A stretch of 64,000 bases of DNA from an uncultured delta proteobacterium (GCA_963789265.1 CAWBKB010000006.1:401393-465392); one strand, 5' to 3'. Positions 44,689-56,359 are shown, numbered from the stretch's first letter. A program made the numbers and translations. Notes: a model not told the origin generated them from the sequence alone.

Positions 44689-47600
44689 ATGAAATCTCAC
44701 GATGAGGGGAACCGGGGTTCCAACCACAGGCGGGCCATTTGTGGCATTTGTCCTGCGGGCTGTTGGGTTGATGTAGCTTACGATTCTTCAGGTAGACTGA
44801 CCCAAGTCGAAGCGGACGCTGAATCCGAATGGGGGGCTGTATGCAGGCTCGGCCGGCATTCAGCCGAGATTGTATATTCGTCGGATAGACTCCTTCATCC
44901 TTTGCGGAGGGTGGGCCCCAAGGGCACGCAAGAATTTGAGCGCATAGCGTGGGACGATGCCTTCACAATCATAGCGGACAAGCTGCAAGCCATAAAAGCG
45001 CAGGACGGTCCTGAGGCGGCAGCCATATACACAGGTCGCGGCAGCTTCGAGCTTGCCAAATGCGACGTCTTTCAACCTAAGGGTGTGGCGGTATCTTCTG
45101 CTTCCAGCTTACTTTTCCCTTTCGGATCGCCCAACACCCTGGGCGTCGGGGCCCTCTGTTATGTATCTTTCGCTATGATCGCTCCTCATGTGACCATGGG
45201 AGGAATGCTGATCAACATGTTCTCGGATATCGAGAATGCCGAGTTGATCGTCGTCTGGGGAGCTAATCCGGCAACCGACTCCCCGCCTCTGGACTTATCT
45301 CGTATCGTCAATGCCCACGGTCGCGGGGCCGAGGTTATTGTGATCGATCCTCGGCGTACAGCGACGGTGGCGCACACCGATGCTCAATGGATTCCGATTC
45401 GGCCGGGCACCGACGGCGCCCTTGCCTTGGGCCTCTGCAACGTAATCATCCAAGAAGAGCTTTACGACGAAGCCTTTGTGCGGAACTGGACTCACGGCTT
45501 CGAAGAATTTGCGAGATATGTCCAACACTTTCGGCCTGATATGGTGGAGTCCATCACGGGGGTCTCTCAGGAAACGGTCCGGAAGCTTGCCAGACGTATT
45601 GCTTCGGCACGCGGCGCCTCTCCGGTTATGTACAGCGGCCTGGAATATAGTGACAGTGGGGTGCAAGCGATCCGGGCCACCCTGGTACTTTGGGCACTGG
45701 CCGGACAGTTGGACGTCCCCGGAGGCCGATGTTTCACTGTGCAGGGCAGTCAGTTCCCGATCAACCGGCAGGGACACATTCCGAATCCTGATGTTCGCAA
45801 GGCTCTGGGTCGTGACCGCTTTCCGGTGTATAGCGCTTATCGCGGTGAATCCCACGCTATCGCCCTTCCCGAAGCAGTCTTGGAGGGGAAGCCTTACCCC
45901 ATTAAAGCCCTGATAATCGTTGGAGGATCAATCATAACCTCGTGGCCCCAGCCTGCTGTGTGGCGAAAGACACTCGACACTCTGGACTTTGTCGTGTGTG
46001 TGGACCGGTTCTTAACTGCGGATGCCGCTTATGCCGACATCGTGTTGCCGGCGGCTACCTACTATGAAATTGAATCATACATGGTCTACGGTCCGTTATT
46101 TCGCCTGCGCGAGAGGGTTATTGAACCTTTGGGCGAGGCTCGGCCGGGCTTTTTTATACTGGCGGAATTGGCGCGACGTCTCGGGTACGGCCACCTTTAT
46201 CCGCAGAACGAGGAGGAGTTGCTCCGCCACGTGCTGAACGGCTCCGGGTTTTCTCTTGAGGACGTGCGCGCGGCAGGTGGGACTGTCCGGGTTCCCGCGA
46301 CTATGATGCAGTACAAGAAGTGGGAAAAGGGCCTCCTTCGCGCTGATGGCGGCCAGGGCTTTCAGACGTCCACCGGCAAATTTGAGATCGCATCCACAAT
46401 TCTCCAGGAGCACGGCTACGACCCATTGCCCGTGTACACAGAGCCTTCGGAAGGGTCTCTCGCACAGCCGGAACTGGCCAAGAGTTTTCCTCTGGTGTTT
46501 AACTCCGGTTCACGAGTGACCACTGATTTCCGGTCACAATTTCACAGCATTCCCGGTCTGGTCAAAGATCGCCCCGAGCCTACGGTCATGATGAGCACTA
46601 CGGATGCGGCCGCCAGAAATATTCTGGACGGGGATCTTGTGGATGTGATCACTTCCCGTGGAGGGGTGACGTTCCGAGCCCAAGTCACTGACGGGATAAT
46701 GCCGGGCGTTATTGATGCGGATATGGGCGGTGGCGGACCGCTTGGGCCTCAAGCGTGGCAAGAATGCAATGTGAACGACCTGACCGATCTCAACCACTAC
46801 GATCCTATATCCGGATTTCCCGTTTACAAAGCCTTACTCTGTGAAGTCGTAAAAGTGGCAGCGGGGGAGGGCAGGCTCGTAATAGATTCACTCGAATCAA
46901 CCCAGAGTCAAATAAATTTCAAGGGAGGTGTAAAACCTTCGCCGGTGCGACGGCGCATTTACTTGGACCACAACGCCACGGCGCCGATGGATCCCGAGGT
47001 TCGCAAGCTGGTGCTTAGGCTCATGGAAGAGGTCCCCGGAAATGCATCCAGCATACATGATCCCGGTAATCGGGCCCGCTTTGAAATTGAGTCGGCTCGG
47101 CGGCGTGTTGCGCAATTGCTCAACTGCACTGCAAGGCGAGTCACATTTACCGGCGGAGGTTCCGAGGCTGACAACCTCGCGATCAAAGGCGTGGCTTTTG
47201 CTCAGCAAAGCCGGGGCAGGCACATTGTTACTTCCAGCATTGAACACCCGGCGGTCCTGGCGAGTTGTCGGTGGCTCGAGGGTCTAGGATTCGAAATCAC
47301 TTACTTGGAGGTGGACAAATCGGGACGCGTGGACCCGGCGGCTCTAAGCTCGGCGATCAGACCGGACACTATATTGGTAAGCGTCATGGCTGCGAACAAC
47401 GAAACCGGCGCCATACAGCCGGTCGGCGAACTGGCCCGAGTCGCGCAGTCGCGAGGAGTGCTCTTCCACACGGATGCTGTGCAAGCGGTAGGTAAAATCC
47501 CTGTAGATGTTCAGGAACTTGGAGTGGACTTGCTAACTCTGTCGGCCCACAAATTATACGGCCCGAAGGGGGTGGGGGTACTATACATTCGGCAAGGAGT

Positions 47601-48108
47601 GACGCTGGATTCGCTGGTTCATGGCGGCGAACAAGAGCATGGCCTGCGCGCGGGAACTGAAAACGTGGCAGGTATTGCCGGGTTGGGTAAGGCCGCCGAA
47701 CTGGCTGTGCAGCGTTTGCCAAGAATGGCTGACGTGCAGAAACTCCGAGATCGCTTGGAACGCGGCATCCGAAAACTCATCCCCGCGGCCAAGTTGAACG
47801 GGCCGAAAGAAGATCGGCTCCCCAACACGTTGAATATGACACTCCCGGAATTAAGGGGTGAGTCTGTTGTTTTGGCGATGGATCAGAAGGGGGTTGCGCT
47901 TTCATCCGGGTCTGCCTGCCGCGCAGGCTCTCCCGATCCTTCGCATGCTTTGCTCGCAATGGGTCTATCTGACGCGGACGCTCATTGTGCGCTTCGGTTT
48001 TCATTGGGCATTTGGAACACTGAGGACGAAATTGATCGGACATTACAGCTTTTGGACGAGCTAACGAGAGATGTGTCCTCAGGAATTCGATTTGTTCCGT
48101 GCCGCTGA
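44689..48108 (+). CDS. molybdopterin oxidoreductase-cysteine desulfurase fusion (metallopterin-dependent ergothioneine synthase-like)
   Basis: CGICPAGC Fe-S motif, DMSO-reductase-family motifs, then YLDHNAT, SAHKLYGPKG, SSGSAC and C-terminal VPCR; adjacent to egtD. Confidence 0.85.
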   Translation: MKSHDEGNRGSNHRRAICGICPAGCWVDVAYDSSGRLTQVEADAESEWGAVCRLGRHSAEIVYSSDRLLHPLRRVGPKGTQEFERIAWDDAFTIIADKLQAIKAQDGPEAAAIYTGRGSFELAKCDVFQPKGVAVSSASSLLFPFGSPNTLGVGALCYVSFAMIAPHVTMGGMLINMFSDIENAELIVVWGANPATDSPPLDLSRIVNAHGRGAEVIVIDPRRTATVAHTDAQWIPIRPGTDGALALGLCNVIIQEELYDEAFVRNWTHGFEEFARYVQHFRPDMVESITGVSQETVRKLARRIASARGASPVMYSGLEYSDSGVQAIRATLVLWALAGQLDVPGGRCFTVQGSQFPINRQGHIPNPDVRKALGRDRFPVYSAYRGESHAIALPEAVLEGKPYPIKALIIVGGSIITSWPQPAVWRKTLDTLDFVVCVDRFLTADAAYADIVLPAATYYEIESYMVYGPLFRLRERVIEPLGEARPGFFILAELARRLGYGHLYPQNEEELLRHVLNGSGFSLEDVRAAGGTVRVPATMMQYKKWEKGLLRADGGQGFQTSTGKFEIASTILQEHGYDPLPVYTEPSEGSLAQPELAKSFPLVFNSGSRVTTDFRSQFHSIPGLVKDRPEPTVMMSTTDAAARNILDGDLVDVITSRGGVTFRAQVTDGIMPGVIDADMGGGGPLGPQAWQECNVNDLTDLNHYDPISGFPVYKALLCEVVKVAAGEGRLVIDSLESTQSQINFKGGVKPSPVRRRIYLDHNATAPMDPEVRKLVLRLMEEVPGNASSIHDPGNRARFEIESARRRVAQLLNCTARRVTFTGGGSEADNLAIKGVAFAQQSRGRHIVTSSIEHPAVLASCRWLEGLGFEITYLEVDKSGRVDPAALSSAIRPDTILVSVMAANNETGAIQPVGELARVAQSRGVLFHTDAVQAVGKIPVDVQELGVDLLTLSAHKLYGPKGVGVLYIRQGVTLDSLVHGGEQEHGLRAGTENVAGIAGLGKAAELAVQRLPRMADVQKLRDRLERGIRKLIPAAKLNGPKEDRLPNTLNMTLPELRGESVVLAMDQKGVALSSGSACRAGSPDPSHALLAMGLSDADAHCALRFSLGIWNTEDEIDRTLQLLDELTRDVSSGIRFVPCR

Positions 48109-48128
48109 CTCAAGAGAGGGGGAGCAAA

Positions 48129-49124
48129 ATGTCTCGACTTTCGGTTGCCAAAGAAGAGAGATCTTCGGTTCACAATTCCGCGCAAGTACCGGCAGACTTG
48201 CAGATAGCGAGAGACGTCCGCCGCGGCTTAGAGGCGGAACAAAAGTTTATACCCAGTAAATACTTTTATGATGCCCGTGGATCAAGACTGTTCGAACGGA
48301 TTTGTCTGCTCCCGGAATATTACCCGACTCGAACGGAACTGTCTGTATTGCAGCGAGATGCGCGCGAACTGGTTGACGGCTTCAATCGAGGAGATTTGGT
48401 GGAATTGGGTTCCGGCTCTAACCGGAAGATCCGCATCCTATTGGACGCCATGAGTCGAGCCTGCCGTTCAACGACTCGCTATGTGCCTGTGGATATAAGT
48501 GAGTGGGCCCTTTTATCAGCGGTTACGGGCTTGATGAAACGCTACCCGGAACTGCAAGTGGAGGCCGTACTTGCAGACTTCACTCGAGACCTGCACAACA
48601 TTGCCTCTGATCGCCCCAAGATCGTTCTCTTTTTAGGCAGCACTATCGGAAACTTGGACGAAGTTGAGTGCCGCATCTTTCTAGCAGCTTTGGCCAAGAA
48701 CCTTAGAGCCGGCGATCGCTTTCTTTTGGGTCTTGATATGCTAAAACCCAGAGCTGTCTTGGAAGCCGCGTACAACGATGCCCAGCGGATAACAGCGGCC
48801 TTCAACAAGAATATTCTCCTGGTCTTGAACCGGGAGCTATCGGCCACATTCGTTCCGGATGATTTCGAACATCTGGCTTTTTTCGATCCGCATAACGAAC
48901 GAGTGGAAATGCATCTGCGAGCCAAGCGTCGGCTCATCGTCCGAATTCAAGATCTGCGGTTGTCCGTGACTCTGGAAAGAGGAGAGACCTTACGTACAGA
49001 AATATGCCGCAAGTTTAGCCGTTCAACTGCGGGAAAGATGGTAGAAGAGGCCGGTATGAGTATCGCGCGATGGTATTCCGACCCCAAAGATTGGTTTTCG
49101 GTCGCTGAGGTGGTTTTGCGGTGA
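48129..49124 (+). CDS. egtD: L-histidine N-alpha-methyltransferase
   Basis: Motifs PSKYFYDARGSRLFERIC.LPEYYPTRTE, ELGSG, FLGSTIGN and AAYND. Confidence 0.92.
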   Translation: MSRLSVAKEERSSVHNSAQVPADLQIARDVRRGLEAEQKFIPSKYFYDARGSRLFERICLLPEYYPTRTELSVLQRDARELVDGFNRGDLVELGSGSNRKIRILLDAMSRACRSTTRYVPVDISEWALLSAVTGLMKRYPELQVEAVLADFTRDLHNIASDRPKIVLFLGSTIGNLDEVECRIFLAALAKNLRAGDRFLLGLDMLKPRAVLEAAYNDAQRITAAFNKNILLVLNRELSATFVPDDFEHLAFFDPHNERVEMHLRAKRRLIVRIQDLRLSVTLERGETLRTEICRKFSRSTAGKMVEEAGMSIARWYSDPKDWFSVAEVVLR

Positions 49125-49151
49125 TAAGCGAGCCTTACAAAAGCTCGGATT

Positions 49152-49315
49152 TATACCGATTCGGTTTCAAGCAAATGATATTGATTCCCTGGTAAATTAT
49201 AAATACAGCACGGATCCGACAAAGCCTCCCGCGTCCCGCGGGAAGCACCGTCATGGTGCCAGGTCAGTGTAGTTCGCTATTGACCGGCTTTAACTTGTTT
49301 GAGAGCCAACAAGTA
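49152..49315 (+). repeat. dispersed repeat family C (MITE-like), copy 2
   Basis: Similar to 32850-33012; imperfect terminal inverted repeats around ttcaagcaa/ttgtttga. Confidence 0.65.
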
Positions 49316-50539
49316 TTACATCTGCTCGGCAACTGCGTACATTTTTCCGTCATTGGAGCCGAAGTATACAATCCCGCTGGCCACCGCAGGAGACGATGAC
49401 ACCGGGCCTCCTGTCTCGAAACTCCACCGAAGGTCGCCGGTTTCGGCTTTCAAAGAATAAAGGTGATGGTCGGAACTGCCAAAATAGACGGCCCCATGAG
49501 AAAACGCGGGAGAAGAGAATATCGAGTCTCGTGTCCTGAATCTCCATAGTTCTCTACCTGTACTGGTTTCCAGAGCGTAAAGCTGTCCGTCAGCGCTCCC
49601 GAAATATACTGACGTGCCAGCCACCACAGGGGAGGAATATACGGCATTTCCCGTTTTGAAGCGCCATCGCTCTTGCCGTGTCCCTATGTCGACCGCATAA
49701 AGGTTGGAATCGTTGCTTCCGAATAGGACCAGTCCATTGGACACAATGGGAGATGAATCAACGGAATCTCCGGCGGTGAACCTCCAAATCTCCTGACCGG
49801 TTTGGGAATCTACAACGTAAATGTCTCCTCCGTGGGTTCCGAAAAAGACGACACCATCTGCCACGGTTGGCGCAGACTCAACCCAATTGAACGCCAGACC
49901 CTGGCTCTTGAATTTCCACTTCAGCCGCCCCTGGAGCGCGTCAACTGCGTACAGAATTCCATCCGTGCTCCCGATATACACTGTCCCCTCGGAAATTACC
50001 GGCGAAGCCCAGACCTCCTGGCCGGTCTTGAATCTCCAAATTTCTTTGCCGGTCTCCGTGTTGACGGCATAGAGGTGGTGATCCCAACTCCCCACGTAAA
50101 CCTTTCTGTCCCACACAACAGGAGACGATCTAATCGCGTCGGGCGTCCAGAAAATCCACTTGGAACGGCCGGTTCTCAGGTCTAAGCAGTAAAGGTTCCC
50201 GTCCCAACTGCCGAAATAGACTGCTGTACCCCACAACGCAGGTGAAGAGAACACCCATCCGCCGGTTTTAAAGGCCCATTTGAGTCTGCTACGGACAGGA
50301 CCATCCGCGATTTCAAGAGGAAATTGGTCAATCAGAAGTTCCACGGTCGTTTCAAGCGTACTAAGCCGCCGGTCTATTTCCTCTTGATCGACGATCTCTG
50401 CTTCCAGCAGCTTCTTGTAAAGACTAATGAGGCCATTGGGAGAAAGTCTGTACTTTAGCATCATGTCGGAGTCACTCAAGCCCGATCTTATGTCTTCGGC
50501 AGCCTTCTCCGCACTGATTTTCAATTTGCGTTTATTCAC
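49316..50539 (-). CDS. PQQ-like beta-propeller repeat protein
   Basis: Eight repeats of W.F.T...V.SSP.V....VYFGS.D..LYA. Confidence 0.9.
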   Translation of the reverse strand: MNKRKLKISAEKAAEDIRSGLSDSDMMLKYRLSPNGLISLYKKLLEAEIVDQEEIDRRLSTLETTVELLIDQFPLEIADGPVRSRLKWAFKTGGWVFSSPALWGTAVYFGSWDGNLYCLDLRTGRSKWIFWTPDAIRSSPVVWDRKVYVGSWDHHLYAVNTETGKEIWRFKTGQEVWASPVISEGTVYIGSTDGILYAVDALQGRLKWKFKSQGLAFNWVESAPTVADGVVFFGTHGGDIYVVDSQTGQEIWRFTAGDSVDSSPIVSNGLVLFGSNDSNLYAVDIGTRQERWRFKTGNAVYSSPVVAGTSVYFGSADGQLYALETSTGRELWRFRTRDSIFSSPAFSHGAVYFGSSDHHLYSLKAETGDLRWSFETGGPVSSSPAVASGIVYFGSNDGKMYAVAEQM

Positions 50540-50777
50540 CAGCCTTCACCTTCCTGGTAGCCACTCTTTACCATAATAGCTTCTACTAGGCCGGAACGGG
50601 AGACCGTGTAAGTGTTCCCGGACACATTTCAAAAGGATAATATATGAGATCTCGTCATACTAGTAAAGAAACTCGTGCGGACGTCAGTCCGCCAACGTAG
50701 CAGTCGAAACTGAGTATACCTCGTGATGCTGCGGGTCAATTCATTCTTTACAAATCGTAAAAAATCTTGACAATTAA

Positions 50778-50986
50778 GAAACTGTCTCAAAACTATTTTG
50801 ATGACCAGAATCGTGCCACGATTCAGGCTCATTCGTATAGTCGTCGCCCTCACCCCAACCCTCTCCCAGGGGGAGAGGGAGCAGAGCCAGGGCCGTTTTG
50901 CACTTCCCTCGCCCTCTGGGAGAGCAACACAGGGTGAGGGATTCGTGCTACGATTCCGACCGCTTCATTGTTTTTGAGACAGTTTC
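50778..50986 (+). mobile_element. MITE family A, copy 3
   Basis: TIRs GAAACTGTCTCAAAA/TTTTGAGACAGTTTC; duplication TTAA. Confidence 0.88.
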
Positions 50987-51131
50987 TTAATGAGCAGTTT
51001 CAGTGGGAGCGGCGTCGGGATGATCGGATAAACGTCGGAACGGACCGATGCAGTGGCTCCGTGGTATCATGCGGTCATGGCACAGGTCTTGCTCCTCTCT
51101 AATTCAGTTCGGTATCGGGAGGTGATTGAAA

Positions 51132-51851
51132 ATGAGAGACCAGAGAATACTCGTAAACCCTTTTCGCATGATCAGCCCCAAACTTGATTCCGAGGCTCTT
51201 CGGTTGGAAGAGCTTTACGAGCGGCCTTTCTCCGAAAGCGTCACTCTGCAAAAAGGCTTGCTGATAATGATCAGTAAGATCATCGAGATGACTCGCTTAC
51301 TCTCAAAGTGCCTTGTCAGTGGATCTCAGAAACAAATGGACGCTTGCGAGGCCCTGGCAAGAGGCGTTCATGAACAGGAAAAGGCGCTGACAAGGAACCT
51401 GATATCCTCCGAGATGAAGACAGCGAGACTCAGCGACATTATCCGCTTCCCGTTTCGCTTGGAAAGAATTGGGGACCTGCTGGAAAATATCCTGAAGTGC
51501 TGTCGAATCAAGACCGGAGACGGAGTCCCTTTCGGTGACAAGGCCCATGCCGAACTCAATCAAATGCTCTCGCTCCTGGCAGAGATGCTGGTAAACCTGC
51601 GTGATGCCTTCGTGACCACCAACACGGTCCTGGTGGATCACATTTTGGCGGATGGGAAGAAGCTCAGCCAGGTCATTTTCGATGCTCGACTGGCCCACTG
51701 GGTTCGCCTGGAGCGTGGATTCTGCGCACCGCAAGCTTCGTCTCTTTACCTGGATATTCTAGACTCTGTGACAGCCATTAACGAATACGTAGCCAAGATG
51801 TGCGATCGCCTGGTGGTCCTCGCTGAAGCGGAGGAAGACGAGCTCGCGTAG
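51132..51851 (+). CDS. PhoU-domain protein
   Basis: RLERIGDLLENI, HWVRL..G.C.PQASSLYLDILD (PhoU-like repeats as in Na/Pi cotransporters). Confidence 0.75.
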   Translation: MRDQRILVNPFRMISPKLDSEALRLEELYERPFSESVTLQKGLLIMISKIIEMTRLLSKCLVSGSQKQMDACEALARGVHEQEKALTRNLISSEMKTARLSDIIRFPFRLERIGDLLENILKCCRIKTGDGVPFGDKAHAELNQMLSLLAEMLVNLRDAFVTTNTVLVDHILADGKKLSQVIFDARLAHWVRLERGFCAPQASSLYLDILDSVTAINEYVAKMCDRLVVLAEAEEDELA

Positions 51852-51866
51852 CGACTGTGTTGATTG

Positions 51867-53090
<1,224 letters not shown>

Positions 53091-53256
53091 AGAAACATAC
53101 AAGGGTGTGGTCACCCTCGGCAAGTTCACCTCATGCTGAGCAGCAGTTAGTTCTTTATCGTCCCTCTCGGGGAATGGCAGAAAAACCCTTGCCTTCACGC
53201 GAAGACTTCAGTACGTACAACCGGGTACTGGCGCGGTACAAGATGCAAAGATGCCG

Positions 53257-53365
53257 GTAGGATGCTGGTGAGTCCTGCGGCACGCTGGACGAACCGCATC
53301 GTTCGCGGTTTTTTCTCGATTGATGCGGTTCTCCCGCGCAGAACGTGGGCTCACCAGCATCCTAC
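53257..53365. repeat. GTAG-type REP doublet (REPIN)
   Basis: gtaggatgctggtgag...aaccgcatc / gatgcggtt...ctcaccagcatcctac. Confidence 0.8.
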
Positions 53366-53388
53366 GCTTAAACCGTCTCCGGTTCTCT

Positions 53389-53468
53389 GGCGGCAGGTAC
53401 CCCGGGATTCATCCGGTGGAGCGAAAATGCCGCCGAAGCCACCGCCTTCAGGCGGGTGGAGCCTTCAC
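53389..53468 (+). repeat. IS200/IS605-end-like hairpin pair
   Basis: ggcggca...tgccgcc followed by gaagccaccgccttcaggcgggtggagccttcac; no tnpA or tnpB nearby. Confidence 0.5.
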
Positions 53469-53552
53469 TATCCAGCTCTTTGCCCTAATGTTACTGTTCT
53501 CAGCCTGCCGCTAACTCTCCATTTTCAGGATCAACTATTATCATAAGAATGA

Positions 53553-54044
53553 TTATGATATTGGGATCTGCCGCATGGTTTCGACGGCTAGTTGACTCCT
53601 GACTAACCCCTCTTGCCTCCCGTCTTCAGTTACGTCCTCCAGAACACCGTGAATTATCCGGCTATCCTCGGCGGCCATTTGGATTGCCAAATCAACAAGC
53701 GACAAAATCCCTACCACTTGATTGGCATCGTCTGTAACCAGGAGCCGGTGAATCTTGTGAATCGAAAGGAGTTCCGCGGCCATTTCAAGGCTGTCGTTCA
53801 TTCTGCAAGCAATCGGTGTTCCTGACATGATTTCCTCAATTTGTGTCAGGTTGAGATTCCTGTTTTCCGCGACAGCACGGATGACTACGTCTCTGTCCGT
53901 AAGCAAAGCCACAATTGCTCCGCCAGACATCACAGCAAGCACTCCCACGTCAAATTCCTTCATTTTCTTGGCTGCTTCTTCGATCGTCGAACGGGAGTCG
54001 ACAACCAGGACCGTTGGGTTCATAACATTAGCTACGCTTTTCAT
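53553..54044 (-). CDS. CBS domain protein
   Basis: AAKKMKEFDVGVL..LTDRDVVIR; HKIHRLLV..VVGILSLVDL. Confidence 0.88.
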   Translation of the reverse strand: MKSVANVMNPTVLVVDSRSTIEEAAKKMKEFDVGVLAVMSGGAIVALLTDRDVVIRAVAENRNLNLTQIEEIMSGTPIACRMNDSLEMAAELLSIHKIHRLLVTDDANQVVGILSLVDLAIQMAAEDSRIIHGVLEDVTEDGRQEGLVRSQLAVETMRQIPIS

Positions 54045-54141
54045 ATCAATTTCCTCCGTCTAGCAATTATCGTTACATAGCCACATTTCGTATTGATTCG
54101 CGCAATTGTGTGTAGCCGAAATCAGGCGCTTTCGTACGTTT

Positions 54142-54363
54142 TCACAATTCTGTGGAGGAAGACGACTCACCGCCATCTAAACCCTTAGTTCGGCATATTC
54201 CCTTTAAAATCGGATCCTTCACGTTATTGCAATCCAGCGGTGGTGGACCTTGCGCCTTACACAGAGTTCGTTTTACAGGGTCCTGAATTCTCTCGCAATC
54301 ATGTTCGCGAGGTCGTCGCGACGTAGGCATCTCTTCGGAATCGATTATCCGATTCTTGTTCAT
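54142..54363 (-). CDS. small protein with two DCxxxxDPxxxxxC repeats
   Basis: DCERIQDPVKRTLC and DCNNVKDPILKGIC; GGAG RBS. Confidence 0.55.
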   Translation of the reverse strand: MNKNRIIDSEEMPTSRRPREHDCERIQDPVKRTLCKAQGPPPLDCNNVKDPILKGICRTKGLDGGESSSSTEL

Positions 54364-54438
54364 GGCCACAATCTCCAATTTGTATCTATTATTGCAGATG
54401 CGACCACGCTCCCAAGGATTCAAATCTATTTTCCGTGT

Positions 54439-55083
54439 CTAATAGCCAAGATTTTCACCTACCAACTTCACGTGAATACGGTCTTTCACCATGTGCCCTT
54501 CAATGATACTCCACATATTGCAAAGACGTTGAGGAGATCTGCAATCGACGCACAATCCCTTATCTTTGCAGGGATTCTTGAACCCCAGGCGCATGGTGTT
54601 TACAGGCGCGGCATAATGTTTCACTCTGGCCATTGCCGAATCCAAGTCAGGAGCTACTTTGTTCATACCGACGACGAGGATCACCTTTTTTGGCCCAAAG
54701 CACATAGCTGCGACCCGATTCCCCGTGGCGTCCAGATTCACCAATTTTCCATCCAACGTGATGGCATTGGAACTTGCTATCATGAAATCGGCCGACATGC
54801 CCCTTCGTCGCGCCTCGTAAGACTCTTCAGGCGACATCCCCGACAGATACGGGTTAATTACCTGCACTCCGGGAAGCTCGGCTATCTTCTCCCACAGACC
54901 TAATCCGACCGTTGTCATTGAACCGCAACGATAAACGCCGGCCCCGTGCGGAATCATCGCGACGATCTCATCTGCGGCTTGAGCGCCGGTAGAAGCGTAG
55001 CTGCCCTCCATCCGGCGCTTCTCCAGATGATGAATTATTTCCTTGGCGACCGCTTCGTTCCAGCCCTTCTGATGGTCGTCCAT
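54439..55083 (-). CDS. LUD-domain (lactate utilization protein C/YkgG-like) protein
   Basis: SSNAITLDGKLVNLDATGNRVAA, VGMNK and a C-terminal Cys cluster. Confidence 0.85.
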   Translation of the reverse strand: MDDHQKGWNEAVAKEIIHHLEKRRMEGSYASTGAQAADEIVAMIPHGAGVYRCGSMTTVGLGLWEKIAELPGVQVINPYLSGMSPEESYEARRRGMSADFMIASSNAITLDGKLVNLDATGNRVAAMCFGPKKVILVVGMNKVAPDLDSAMARVKHYAAPVNTMRLGFKNPCKDKGLCVDCRSPQRLCNMWSIIEGHMVKDRIHVKLVGENLGY

Positions 55084-55125
55084 ATACTGTCTCCTTTCAA
55101 AATATTAAAGGTTCCACAATGGGCC

Positions 55126-56121
55126 TTAGATGGGTTCCCTACTCATCAGCCGGAGCATTTCGGCAGGCAATCGGGCATTTTTGGAAAGAAATATATTAGT
55201 GTAATCCTTCCACAATTCAGTAGTTGTCAGACATTCATCGACTATAGTCTCAAAATCCTCAATGCTGTTTATCCGTTTCAGGTACTTTTGATGTTGGTCT
55301 ATTTCCGCAATCAAGTCCGGTTTCAGATCAAAAAGATGTCTTGCGAATATCAACGGGTCATGGCCTGAAGTTTTCAGTGCCTCCGGATGAAACTCGAAGA
55401 ATATTTGATATCCGTGAGCAGATTCGAGTGTGGTCTTCATCCCCCGGAAAGCTAACGGTTCACTGCCTTCTACGTCAATTTTGATCACAAAATTGTTGGC
55501 CGGTGCTATATCTATTTCGGACAACAAACCATCGATGCTTATGCAACGCACCTTGTAAGACGAACCGGACCGTGCAGAAAGGGAAGAGTCGGCCTGGCTC
55601 CTCAGGCTCTTGCTCATCGCTGAATATCGCTCATCCACGTGAAAAACACATTCATCATTGTGATTGTCCGAAACTGCCGCATTCACAAGTTGGGCGAATC
55701 CACCGAAACCGCTGAATTCAACGGATCGTTGTAGGCAGGAAAACGTTTCTCTGTTTGGTTCGATAGCGATGACACGTTTGACTTGACCGTTCTTCGCAAG
55801 GTTGCAGGCGGAAAGCGTATATTCGCCGTAATTCGCTCCCATATCAATTACGACCGGGTTTTCATTCACTGAGATAGCTTCGGCAAACAAATTCAACTCG
55901 TAGGATTCCCAGATCCAATCGTCCGAGTTCACGTGTATGAGAAAAAGCTCGGTGGCCGTTTTGTCTCGGGGATTCAAGAACACCCTGTAATCCTTGATTT
56001 GTATGCTGTTTCCTTTGGACGCCATGAACCAGGTAATCAGCGGAGATCCGAACCTGTCCCTGAACTTCCACGGAATGAGTTTGGGATAAAGTGACAGAAT
56101 GATGTCGAGTAAACGGGACAT
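55126..56121 (-). CDS. FkbM family methyltransferase
   Basis: Motifs IDMGANYG, AIEPN and IKIDVEGSE. Confidence 0.88.
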   Translation of the reverse strand: MSRLLDIILSLYPKLIPWKFRDRFGSPLITWFMASKGNSIQIKDYRVFLNPRDKTATELFLIHVNSDDWIWESYELNLFAEAISVNENPVVIDMGANYGEYTLSACNLAKNGQVKRVIAIEPNRETFSCLQRSVEFSGFGGFAQLVNAAVSDNHNDECVFHVDERYSAMSKSLRSQADSSLSARSGSSYKVRCISIDGLLSEIDIAPANNFVIKIDVEGSEPLAFRGMKTTLESAHGYQIFFEFHPEALKTSGHDPLIFARHLFDLKPDLIAEIDQHQKYLKRINSIEDFETIVDECLTTTELWKDYTNIFLSKNARLPAEMLRLMSREPI

Positions 56122-56359
56122 ACGCGAAGTTTCAACCTCATTTACTGTTGGGTGCAATCTATGGGACAATACCTGAAAGCTCGGAAGATTTACAAGATCT
56201 CTGTGAAGCACGCAGCTCGGACCTCGGAAAAGCTTTTGGGCTCGGGTTGCAGTCTTGTAAGTCTGCCGGAAGGCTGCACAATAGGATTGAAGGAAAAGCG
56301 ACTTTGTGGCACTATCATAATATAAAAGAATTGGTAAGTCGGTCCGGAGGGATACCGCA

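Noticed and set aside
43969..44690. 142-aa and 98-aa minus-strand ORFs, or a decayed cNMP-binding gene on the plus strand
   Set aside because: No recognisable motifs; the plus-strand resemblance (RRATVVRA) is too weak and interrupted by stops.
53389..53468. TnpB/omega-RNA system
   Set aside because: Only an IS200/IS605-like end hairpin is present; no tnpB coding remnant was found adjacent.
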